Below, piece by piece: positions 25,588 through 32,474 of a stretch of DNA of 32,502 bases (within the stretch, counting starts at the first letter, position 1; every line of letters begins with the position of its first letter). The translations under genes were made by a program, and so were the position numbers. The notes under the pieces were generated by a model. It did not search any database. It saw only the letters and a program-made list of their open reading frames with translations, and was not told the DNA's origin. Location: NCBI GenBank assembly GCA_964405005.1, contig CAYOMI010000002.1, positions 1 to 32,502 of the forward strand, given 5' to 3'. The stretch is from an uncultured Planctomycetales bacterium. GTDB lineage: Bacteria > Omnitrophota > Gorgyraeia > Gygaellales > Profunditerraquicolaceae.

Positions 25588-25605
25588 TTCCTAATTTGCA
25601 GTAAA

Positions 25606-25634
25606 AATATAACATTAAAATACTCTTTTGTCAA
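25606..25634 (-). promoter_or_regulatory. Sigma70-like promoter of the giant gene with an extended -10
   Basis: Minus strand reads TTGACA (25634..25629), a 17-nt spacer ending in TGT, then TATATT (25611..25606). The predicted TSS near 25599 sits just upstream of the aptamer. Confidence 0.65.
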
Positions 25635-25774
25635 GGAGAATTTTCCTTTAAATTGGTAACGCTTTCTTTATTTTAATTCTTTTGATTTTCTTCTTATTTT
25701 ATTAATTATAAAGGAGTTTTAGGCCAGATAAACGCCTGATTTTTCTTAAATTTAGGGTTAATTTCGGCTTATCT

Positions 25775-25840
25775 AAACAAAAAGAAGGGGTCTAATGCGC
25801 ACTCCTAGAATATACCACGGGATTTGTCTTGACCCCTTCT
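25775..25840 (-). terminator. Possible terminator of the 2,089-aa gene: 10-bp GC-rich stem, unusually long loop, U-tract
   Basis: AGAAGGGGUC (plus 25831..25840) pairs with GACCCCUUCU (plus 25783..25792) across a 38-nt loop, followed by UUUUGUUU. It lies about 130 nt after the stop codon. Confidence 0.4.
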
Positions 25841-25890
25841 ACCTGATTTTCTTTTCTTTAACTACCCAAACTGTCAAAATCAATCTAAAA

Positions 25891-25962
25891 TTCAGATTGG
25901 ACATTTTTCAAGTCAATTTACTTATTTCTCTCAAAAGAGCATATTTCAGACTGGACATTTTT
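25891..25962. repeat. 18-nt direct repeat x2 in the 3' region of the 2,089-aa gene
   Basis: ttcagattggacattttt (25891..25908) and ttcagactggacattttt (25945..25962) are 17/18 identical and 54 nt apart start to start. The first copy also forms part of the small inverted repeat caatct-N7-agattg (25881..25899). Confidence 0.8.
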
Positions 25963-25971
25963 ATATATAAA

Positions 25972-28900
25972 TTAATTTAACATCTTAAAGGACTCTTCCA
26001 TAATTTTATCGCGTTTCCCCTCTATTTCCTCTGCCGGAATACCGGTAGAATCTGAACCAAATCCTGGCTTTAAATCTTTCACCTCAGCAGGCAAAAGTCC
26101 CTCAAACCCACTCGGCTCAGACAACTGCTTGGTGCGCACATACACTGCCTGAAGCTCATTATCTCTGGGGTCTATCACAAAATTTAGACCATTGCTGGAG
26201 AACTGTTCTGAATTATCTAAGGCCTTAATTAAAGAAAAGTTGGTAACTTCTGTTTTTTTGGTGTAATCAATTGCGTAATTAATGAGATTTTTGTCATAAA
26301 TATAAAATTGGGAACGTTCTATGCGCGGCTCTCTTTGCAGATTATTATTGAGAGCATAACCCATCTCCATTGACCAGGCAGGCAAGGGAAGCAAATTCAG
26401 ACCTTCTTGGGTGGGTAATAGCCGGTAATTGTAAACACGCAACAGTTCTACCTGTGATAAATCCCGATTCATCTGCTCGGCAACTTCCTGAGCCTTTTCG
26501 ACTAAAACATCCCTCTGCGGCATTAAGTCAAAGATATCAGAAATAGGAATAGGCAGGCGGTTGCCTTCCATTTCTTTAAATTTAGCAAATTTCTCTAATT
26601 TCTCCTCAGGAGTAGCCCTATTAAATGTTTCTTTTTTCTCCTCAGGAGTAGCCCCATTAAATGTTTCCTTAAATCTTTCTACATATCCGTTAACATTAGG
26701 ATTTGTGTAAACCAGATGCACTACTGGTTCTAAAAGACCTGTAGAGGCGCTTTCCTCTGGGCTTAAAGAGAAGTTGTTCTGCCCTAGGCATCTATTTTCT
26801 AATACTTTATTAAATAAATCTGCAATAAGCGCGTTTTTGCTGTCATACCATTTTCCAAATAAATTTTCTTCCTTCCCGGAATCTAATGTGTATTTATTCT
26901 CGAGAGGAATACCAAACTCAAGAGGAATACCAAAATTCTTTGTATCTAAGAATTGCTCCTTTAGCAAACTTGAATCTAATACCTCATAATTAAAACCACC
27001 TCCTGTAGAATCCAAAGATGATTGGAGTTTTTCGAGGTCTTTATAATTTTTATAATCCTTTTGCAGGAATTCGATATATTCTTTAATCTCTGCTTCGCTA
27101 ATAAACTTCTTAAACTTCTCAGGTAAAGTGAATTCTGTATTATTTCTAACTGCCTCTCGCACAAGAGATTTCAATTCACGCACTACAGCTGAAGATAACT
27201 TCCCCGCATCAATATTATAGTATCTTTCTGATATAAGATATGATCCAGAATTTATATCCGCATAAATCCAGCGCGCAGCCGGACCTGTATAAGGGCTGGC
27301 ATACTTACCTGTGTCATAAATATTAAGGTCATAAGTAATATTGGGGCCGAAACTAATTGGGGCCGGAGTTTTAATTTCTTGAGTTTTGGGAGGAGTAATA
27401 ATTTCTTTTGGCACCTTGATAGTTTCTTGTACTGCTTTCTCATATTCTTCTTTGTTATAAATTGTAAACTTAACATAACGATCCGCTTCTCTCTCTTTAT
27501 GTGTAGTGTAGGTTCCATCGGGATGGAATTTCGGAACTGTAGCCTGAGATTTACCCAGACTTTTTGTTTTAATCCGATCTCCTGGCACGCCCATTTCTGC
27601 CAAAACATCTTTAATCGCATCAGCGCGCCTCTGTCCTAATTCGAGATTATATTTTTCGCTGCCCCAAACATCACAAGCGCCCACCACTTCAAGTTCCTTA
27701 TCAGGATTTTGTTCTAAATATTCTTTGATTGGTTCAAGCTCTTTTTCAAGTTTAGTGTGGGCATCCTTACGCACAACAGATTTATTAAAATCAAAATAGG
27801 AATCTACGAGTAGTTTATCCTCTTTAACTGCGGGTATGTTATATTCTCTAATTCCTTCTTCAAAGACGGTTTCTTTTCTTTCTGGTTCAATTATTTTTGT
27901 TTCGGATTTCATTGGCCACTGCCGCGGCATAGTTATCTCGCTATAGTCTCTGGTAACACTAAGAATCGGACCAAAAGAACCGTAGTAATAATTTGTGGAT
28001 TTATCCAGTTTAACTGTACCCCAGTCTCCGGCTGTCCCTTCAGGTCCAGGATAATACTCTTTCCCAAAATACTCTGTCTTTATTCTCCTTCCTGAATCAT
28101 CCACTTCTGTGCGGCTTAATAAACCATAATCTAGGTGATAAAAAATAACCGGTAGTTGAGCAACAAATGTTTTTAATTTCTCAAGCTCCTCTGGTCCCTC
28201 TTCGGGAAGCCAGGAAACTAATTTTGCTAACTTTAACCTTTCTTCGCCGCCTTCTTTAAATGCCTCAGCGCGCAACTTATACACATTTGCGTGAGTAGAA
28301 ATACTAAGCAGATTTTTCATTGTATTTTTAAAATCTTTCTCATCTAACTCATTTAATTGTCCTTCGGTTCTAACAATAAAATCAACCAGTTGCTGGGAAT
28401 TCCAGTTAGCATTCAGATCTCTGAGAGTCTTGATTGTCTCTTTAAAAGCCGCAACTTCTACATACAAACAGACTGTATTAATTTCTTCTTCCGTTAGTTG
28501 TCTCTTGTCTAATTCAGGAATGAGTTTCTCCACAAGGTCTTTCTGGATCTTGCTCAAATCAGCACTGTGTTTTAAGTTATTTAAGATATCTAATAAATTC
28601 TTCTTATTTTCTAATACTTCCTTCTTACTTTTCACAATTCGTTCAACTTCTTCATCTGTAAAGCTGTCTCGGGCAATTAAAAATACTGGCTTAGCCGGGT
28701 CATAAGGTCTGTCTGCTTTTGCAAGACGAAAGTTCCCATACACTTCAATATCCTGGGGTATCCCTGCTATACTGGGATAATAAGTGCCTTCTATACCTGC
28801 AACATTTTTCTTTAATGCCGCCAAACGTTTTTGTTTAGTTACCTCATCTACGTCTTTTTGTACAGTGATAAAGGCCTCCAATCTCTTTATTGTATCCCCA

Positions 28901-31900
28901 TCTAATTTTTTCAATCTACCTGTTAATTGCCTGTCTACACGGTAATCTACAATCCCGCCAATTATAATATCATTTAACTGGATACTGCCTTTTTCTAAAT
29001 AAGCCCGGCTCCCTAAAGATATAGTTGAGGTGAACGCCCCCACTATAGGAATAATGGAAAATAACCTCTGTAGCGGAGAATTTATTAAAGCCTGTAAATT
29101 GGGCATTTCTATTTTTTCTAGCCGGTCTTCTTTTTTAGATAAAGACTCTTTTATCGTGGGAATAGTGTGTAATAACTCTTTGATCTCTTCCAGGTCGCTT
29201 ATCGTCCCTTTACCGCTTGCTCTGGCAAGAAAATCCAATGCCTCGCCATGCTCTTCTGCCAATTCTTTATACCCCTCAAGAGTAGCATATTTCCCATCCT
29301 TAATCGCTTCTTCTAAGGCGCGTAACTTTTTCAGTTTATTAGCTAAATCCTCAGCCTCTGCCTTCTTAATTTTCAGTTCACGTGCTAATTGTTCTCCTTG
29401 CAGGATAAAGGCAGCATAGGAGCGATATTCTAAAGGTAGATAAGGATTCATAATTGCATAACTGAGGGAATTGGCAAAATCCCGGTTAGCCACCTCAGCC
29501 ATCCGACCCGCTACAATATTACCCAATGCCTGTATGGGGTTGCTTCCCCGCATCATACTATCTATGTAAGAAATGAAGAAGTCATAATAATCCCAGGGCT
29601 TTCTGATAAATGAATCTGCTCCTGAGGATAAATCTTCACCAAAAGGATAGGTGTTGGTAGCCGCGGCAATCAAATTATTATTGAAATTTTGCAAAACACC
29701 CCTGATAAAACGGCCAGCGTCTGAAATTCCCTTTAATCTGGCAGCCAAGTAAGGGTCTTCTGACTTAAGCTGAAGATAGGCAATATGTACCGGTGAATCA
29801 GCAGGAAGAATTAATTTATATATTTCTTTTTTGCTCAACTGCTCTTTTCTACTAAGCGGTTCACCCAAAGTTATTTTCTGTCCCTGAGAATCAGTTAAAA
29901 TAATTTTCCCTGGTTCGCCTTGCACAGGTATGCCGGCTATAGAAACTATACCTCCTTCTTCTTTCTCCAACAATATGTAGGTTTTGCCATCTTTTGTAAA
30001 CAACGCTGTCTTCCCATCATTTGTTTCTCCTTTTTCATAATCTAAAGCCAGGGTGACTGAGTCAATGAGAATAACATTATCTTTTCTTGCCTCTACCTTT
30101 CCCTCTTTTACCTCTACCTCGTTTAACTTTACAAATGTTACTTTTATGGCGCCAGGGTCTTTTCTAAAGAATGTATCTATTAATCCTGAAACCACACTGC
30201 TGGCAAGTAAATGCCCAAATTCAGAAACCACATCCTGCGAGATATCATTCTTTTTGCAGTAATAGCCCCAGAGTACCCTAAATACTGCTATGCCTACCTC
30301 TTCCAATGCCTTTTTAGCCATATATTGGCCTAAGGATAAGCCCTGTTTGTTCTCCCAGGGATTGCGTGGCTGGAAGTTACCCTTCTCGTCTTTTAGCCCT
30401 ACTCTGCCTGCATAGTAGCTATTTAAAGTAGTTAAGTTCATCACAAACCCCGCAGCTATGCCTGAGACCATATCTGCAATCGCCATCTTCCATAAACTCT
30501 CAAAAACTGGCTCAGATTCGCCGCTATGGTCGGTTTTATGACCCAGGGCTTTTAAAATGAGAATTTTAGTGAGGCTATAGACAATCGGGCCTAAGCCTAA
30601 GTGCCGCATTGCCTCCAGTCCTACTGCAAAGGCCGAACGATTGGCAGTCATCAGGTTCCCGTGGAAATCATACCATAAACCACCGCCAGTCAGGCTTATT
30701 AAATCCTGAAGCGCGTCTGCTTTTGCGGTGTAATTTAGTATCTTTTCTTTTACTGTGTTGAAAATTTCTTGCGTAAGAACAAACTTGCCCTTTCCTCCTA
30801 CTTCTACGATGTTAATATCCTGGGCTCTTTTGCCTAACTTTAAGGCTACTTCAAAGCTTACTCTTACTACCTGTTCTTTACCTTCCTCTCCCGTAACTTT
30901 AATTTCTACCTCAGCATTGCTAAGATCCGTTGCCGTGTAGGATTTACCATTTACATTAATAATTTCCTCTTTTCCTAATGAATCCAACTTTTGAATTGCC
31001 TTGCCGTCTTGCTTACGCGCAAAACCGCCTCCTTTAGTCAAATAAAGACCAAATGCCTTTGCTACAGTCGCGCGCAGCAGACCAGAAAAGAAAGCATTAG
31101 TAAAAGTCCCTGCCAGGCTTCCTGCTACTGCGGCTATTGCCTCATCCCAGCCGGCATCTTCTAATTTTTGCTTTACATACTCAGAGATAATGAGTTTAAA
31201 TGTGCCGCTGATTAAATCCGTGACTAACTGTAATGTTGCCAGACCGTATGATCCCTTCATTCCATAATAAATATAAGGGTTGAAACCTCCCTCTTTAGTA
31301 ATAAGGGCTTTAAAAGCCTGGCGCCAGGATGTGGTCTTTGGCAAATCTCCTTTTAGTCTTCCCACATTAAAGAAATTCTTAATTTTAGCGAGCAGTGATG
31401 TTGTCTGTTTTGCTGCCTGCTGGGGAACTTGCTTTACAGTCTCTTTGGCGCCTACCTTGGCAACTTCTTTTATACTCTCTTTAGGCAACTCTTTAGCTAC
31501 TCCGGCTTTGCCGCCTTTGAATAAATTCAGGATACTGCGCCAGATAGTTTTTATCCCAGTCTTAATCGTCTCAAATATTTTGAATATTCCTTTGACAATC
31601 CATTTTAGCGCATCAACAATGGCTTTGACAATTGACTGGATTACAGAGGTGGCTGCTGCTGAGGTTGTTGAAGCTACCACTGTTCCTGTTGTTGCACCAA
31701 CTGTTGCTCCTGTTGCGCCTGTTGTTGCGCCACCAGTTGTTGCGCCTGCTGTCCCTGCTGTTGCGCCACCTGCAGTTGATCCACCAGTTGTTGCGCCTGC
31801 TTCTGTGCCTCCTGCAGCTGCTCCTCCTGAAGTCCCTCCAGCGCCTCCGCCTGCAAATGCTCCGGCAGCAAAACCCGCAATTGCGCCTGCAACCACTCCG

Positions 31901-32241
31901 GCAACCATAGAATACATTGCACCTTTGGTAATGGTAACACCACCAATTTTAAATAGCGGCTCGCCATAGTCGCTGTAGTGGTTATAATACATATAAAGGC
32001 CCATAAGGTTAGCGGCAATTGTAGAGGCAAAGGTAGCGACAGGCCATATAAACATACATAAATCAGTTATTCCTCCCACAATAAAGCCCATTGTCCACAT
32101 TTCCATTGGGCTTTTGTCACCCGGATTACCTTCACGGGCCCAGGCAGGTGTGCAGACATTAAGGAAGAAAATAATTGCCAGAATTGCGCTAATCCATTTC
32201 TTCACTTTTTCCCGATTTTGAGTTTGATTTTTCATAAACAT
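25972..32241 (-). CDS. 2,089-aa envelope protein with signal-like N-terminus, hydrophobic helices, G/A/T low-complexity tract and OmpA-like domain
   Basis: Complete ORF in the supplied track. Domain evidence is given in the sub-features. It has its own promoter, riboswitch-like leader and attenuator immediately upstream. Confidence 0.9.
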   Translation of the reverse strand: MFMKNQTQNREKVKKWISAILAIIFFLNVCTPAWAREGNPGDKSPMEMWTMGFIVGGITDLCMFIWPVATFASTIAANLMGLYMYYNHYSDYGEPLFKIGGVTITKGAMYSMVAGVVAGAIAGFAAGAFAGGGAGGTSGGAAAGGTEAGATTGGSTAGGATAGTAGATTGGATTGATGATVGATTGTVVASTTSAAATSVIQSIVKAIVDALKWIVKGIFKIFETIKTGIKTIWRSILNLFKGGKAGVAKELPKESIKEVAKVGAKETVKQVPQQAAKQTTSLLAKIKNFFNVGRLKGDLPKTTSWRQAFKALITKEGGFNPYIYYGMKGSYGLATLQLVTDLISGTFKLIISEYVKQKLEDAGWDEAIAAVAGSLAGTFTNAFFSGLLRATVAKAFGLYLTKGGGFARKQDGKAIQKLDSLGKEEIINVNGKSYTATDLSNAEVEIKVTGEEGKEQVVRVSFEVALKLGKRAQDINIVEVGGKGKFVLTQEIFNTVKEKILNYTAKADALQDLISLTGGGLWYDFHGNLMTANRSAFAVGLEAMRHLGLGPIVYSLTKILILKALGHKTDHSGESEPVFESLWKMAIADMVSGIAAGFVMNLTTLNSYYAGRVGLKDEKGNFQPRNPWENKQGLSLGQYMAKKALEEVGIAVFRVLWGYYCKKNDISQDVVSEFGHLLASSVVSGLIDTFFRKDPGAIKVTFVKLNEVEVKEGKVEARKDNVILIDSVTLALDYEKGETNDGKTALFTKDGKTYILLEKEEGGIVSIAGIPVQGEPGKIILTDSQGQKITLGEPLSRKEQLSKKEIYKLILPADSPVHIAYLQLKSEDPYLAARLKGISDAGRFIRGVLQNFNNNLIAAATNTYPFGEDLSSGADSFIRKPWDYYDFFISYIDSMMRGSNPIQALGNIVAGRMAEVANRDFANSLSYAIMNPYLPLEYRSYAAFILQGEQLARELKIKKAEAEDLANKLKKLRALEEAIKDGKYATLEGYKELAEEHGEALDFLARASGKGTISDLEEIKELLHTIPTIKESLSKKEDRLEKIEMPNLQALINSPLQRLFSIIPIVGAFTSTISLGSRAYLEKGSIQLNDIIIGGIVDYRVDRQLTGRLKKLDGDTIKRLEAFITVQKDVDEVTKQKRLAALKKNVAGIEGTYYPSIAGIPQDIEVYGNFRLAKADRPYDPAKPVFLIARDSFTDEEVERIVKSKKEVLENKKNLLDILNNLKHSADLSKIQKDLVEKLIPELDKRQLTEEEINTVCLYVEVAAFKETIKTLRDLNANWNSQQLVDFIVRTEGQLNELDEKDFKNTMKNLLSISTHANVYKLRAEAFKEGGEERLKLAKLVSWLPEEGPEELEKLKTFVAQLPVIFYHLDYGLLSRTEVDDSGRRIKTEYFGKEYYPGPEGTAGDWGTVKLDKSTNYYYGSFGPILSVTRDYSEITMPRQWPMKSETKIIEPERKETVFEEGIREYNIPAVKEDKLLVDSYFDFNKSVVRKDAHTKLEKELEPIKEYLEQNPDKELEVVGACDVWGSEKYNLELGQRRADAIKDVLAEMGVPGDRIKTKSLGKSQATVPKFHPDGTYTTHKEREADRYVKFTIYNKEEYEKAVQETIKVPKEIITPPKTQEIKTPAPISFGPNITYDLNIYDTGKYASPYTGPAARWIYADINSGSYLISERYYNIDAGKLSSAVVRELKSLVREAVRNNTEFTLPEKFKKFISEAEIKEYIEFLQKDYKNYKDLEKLQSSLDSTGGGFNYEVLDSSLLKEQFLDTKNFGIPLEFGIPLENKYTLDSGKEENLFGKWYDSKNALIADLFNKVLENRCLGQNNFSLSPEESASTGLLEPVVHLVYTNPNVNGYVERFKETFNGATPEEKKETFNRATPEEKLEKFAKFKEMEGNRLPIPISDIFDLMPQRDVLVEKAQEVAEQMNRDLSQVELLRVYNYRLLPTQEGLNLLPLPAWSMEMGYALNNNLQREPRIERSQFYIYDKNLINYAIDYTKKTEVTNFSLIKALDNSEQFSSNGLNFVIDPRDNELQAVYVRTKQLSEPSGFEGLLPAEVKDLKPGFGSDSTGIPAEEIEGKRDKIMEESFKMLN
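26601..26672 (-). repeat. In-frame 36-nt tandem duplication (12 aa)
   Basis: tctcctcaggagtagccctattaaatgtttcttttt (26601..26636) versus tctcctcaggagtagccccattaaatgtttccttaa (26637..26672). The protein is KETFNGATPEEK followed by KETFNRATPEEK. Confidence 0.9.
26903..26938 (-). repeat. In-frame 18-nt tandem duplication (FGIPLE x2)
   Basis: agaggaataccaaactca (26903..26920) versus agaggaataccaaaattc (26921..26938). The protein reads NFGIPLEFGIPLEN. Confidence 0.85.
27455..27810 (-). other. OmpA-like (OmpA_C / MotB-type) peptidoglycan-binding domain
   Basis: VDSYFDFNKSVVRKDAHTKLEKELEPIKEYLEQNPDKELEVVGACDVWGSEKYNLELGQRRADAIKDVLAEMGVPGDRIKTKSLGKS...ADRYVKFTIY. It fits F-x-F-x-x-S...L...I...G-x-x-D-x-x-G-S-x-x-Y-N-x-x-L-x-x-x-R-A-x-x-V...G-V...I...G...N/D-R-[RY]-V. 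The frame was verified at 27781..27822. Confidence 0.75.
31645..31870 (-). repeat. G/A/T-rich low-complexity tract forming a local GC-rich island
   Basis: The protein is GFAAGAFAGGGAGGTSGGAAAGGTEAGATTGGSTAGGATAGTAGATTGGATTGATGATVGATTGTVVASTTSAAATS. The DNA reiterates gttgcgcc / tgttgc units. The composition opens spurious ORFs in three other frames. Confidence 0.85.
32137..32241 (-). other. Signal-peptide-like N-terminus (possible cleavage after AWA)
   Basis: MFMKNQTQNREKVKKWISAILAIIFFLNVCTPAWA followed by REG: a basic n-region, a hydrophobic core and an A-x-A site. It might instead act as an uncleaved anchor. Confidence 0.55.
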
Positions 32242-32277
32242 TTGAAAACTCTTTATTAAACTTTTAATTAACTCTTT

Positions 32278-32318
32278 AAAACAAAAGCCGGATTGCTTTT
32301 TGCTTCGGCAACCCGGCT
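32278..32318 (-). terminator. Intrinsic-terminator (attenuator) hairpin plus U-tract in the leader of the 2,089-aa gene; overlaps the aptamer 3' block
   Basis: In the RNA, AGCCGGGUUGC pairs with GCAAUCCGGCU (11 bp including one G-U) around the loop CGAAGCAAAAA, followed by UUUUGUUUU (plus 32278..32286). The ATG lies about 36 nt downstream. Confidence 0.7.
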
Positions 32319-32426
32319 ATCTTTTTAAACGCCGTCGAGAAAATAAATAAAAACCGAATTTTTCTGCGTCTACAAGACCCGTGGCTTTGCGCCCCTACCT
32401 CGCGGTAGGTTTACCTTTTCGTGCGC
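32302..32426 (-). promoter_or_regulatory. c-di-GMP-I (GEMM-I) riboswitch aptamer, copy B, with an enlarged second hairpin
   Basis: RNA: GCGCACGAAAAGGUAAACCUACCGCGAGGUAGGGGCGCAAAGCCACGGGUCUUGUAGACGCAGAAAAAUUCGGUUUUUAUUUAUUUUCUCGACGGCGUUUAAAAAGAUAGCCGGGUUGCCGAAGC. It has the same block order as copy A, with a GNRA (GCGA) loop on a fully compensated stem (CCUACC/GGUAGG versus CCCAUU/GAUGGG). The base of the second hairpin also covaries (GUCUU/AAGAU versus GUCCU/AGGAU). Confidence 0.7.
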
Positions 32427-32446
32427 TTTTATCTTGTAACACTCAA

Positions 32447-32474
32447 ATTATAGCATATATCTTGCCTCTATCAA
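32447..32474 (-). promoter_or_regulatory. Sigma70-like promoter of the 2,089-aa gene with an extended -10
   Basis: Minus strand reads TTGATA (32474..32469), a 16-nt spacer ending in TGC, then TATAAT (32452..32447). The predicted TSS is near 32440. Confidence 0.6.

Noticed and set aside
25468-25659. 63-aa + strand ORF in the intergenic region
   Set aside because: It lies antisense to the promoter, riboswitch aptamer and terminator of the giant gene. Its openness is better explained by the structured RNA on the other strand.
25795-25980. 61-aa + strand ORF (contains FRLDIF twice)
   Set aside because: The repeated peptide is just the translation of the 18-nt direct repeat. The region is AT-rich intergenic sequence overlapping the terminator-like hairpin, and I saw no RBS or promoter.
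1074-26938. Short tandem repeats considered as a possible CRISPR array or minisatellite
   Set aside because: Each has only two adjacent copies with no spacers, all are in frame inside coding sequence, and the unit lengths (18/21/36/72 nt) are multiples of three. They are coding duplications.
27252-27620. 122-aa minus-strand ORF and 86-aa + ORF (27379..27639) overlapping the OmpA-like region
   Set aside because: They are out of frame with the well-supported OmpA-like domain, and their translations have no recognisable features.
31280-32030. Overlapping ORFs 31280..31969 (+, 229 aa), 31632..31910 (+, 92 aa) and 31674..32030 (-, 118 aa)
   Set aside because: They are artefacts of the GC-rich G/A/T low-complexity tract, which removes stops in several frames. 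Their translations are P/A/V- or L/Q-rich repeats, and all are nested in the 2,089-aa gene.
32152-32163. Possible lipobox (L-N-V-C) in the signal peptide of the 2,089-aa protein
   Set aside because: Asn at -2 and Val at -1 do not fit the usual L-[ASTVI]-[GAS]-C consensus. An A-x-A signal peptidase I site five residues later fits better.
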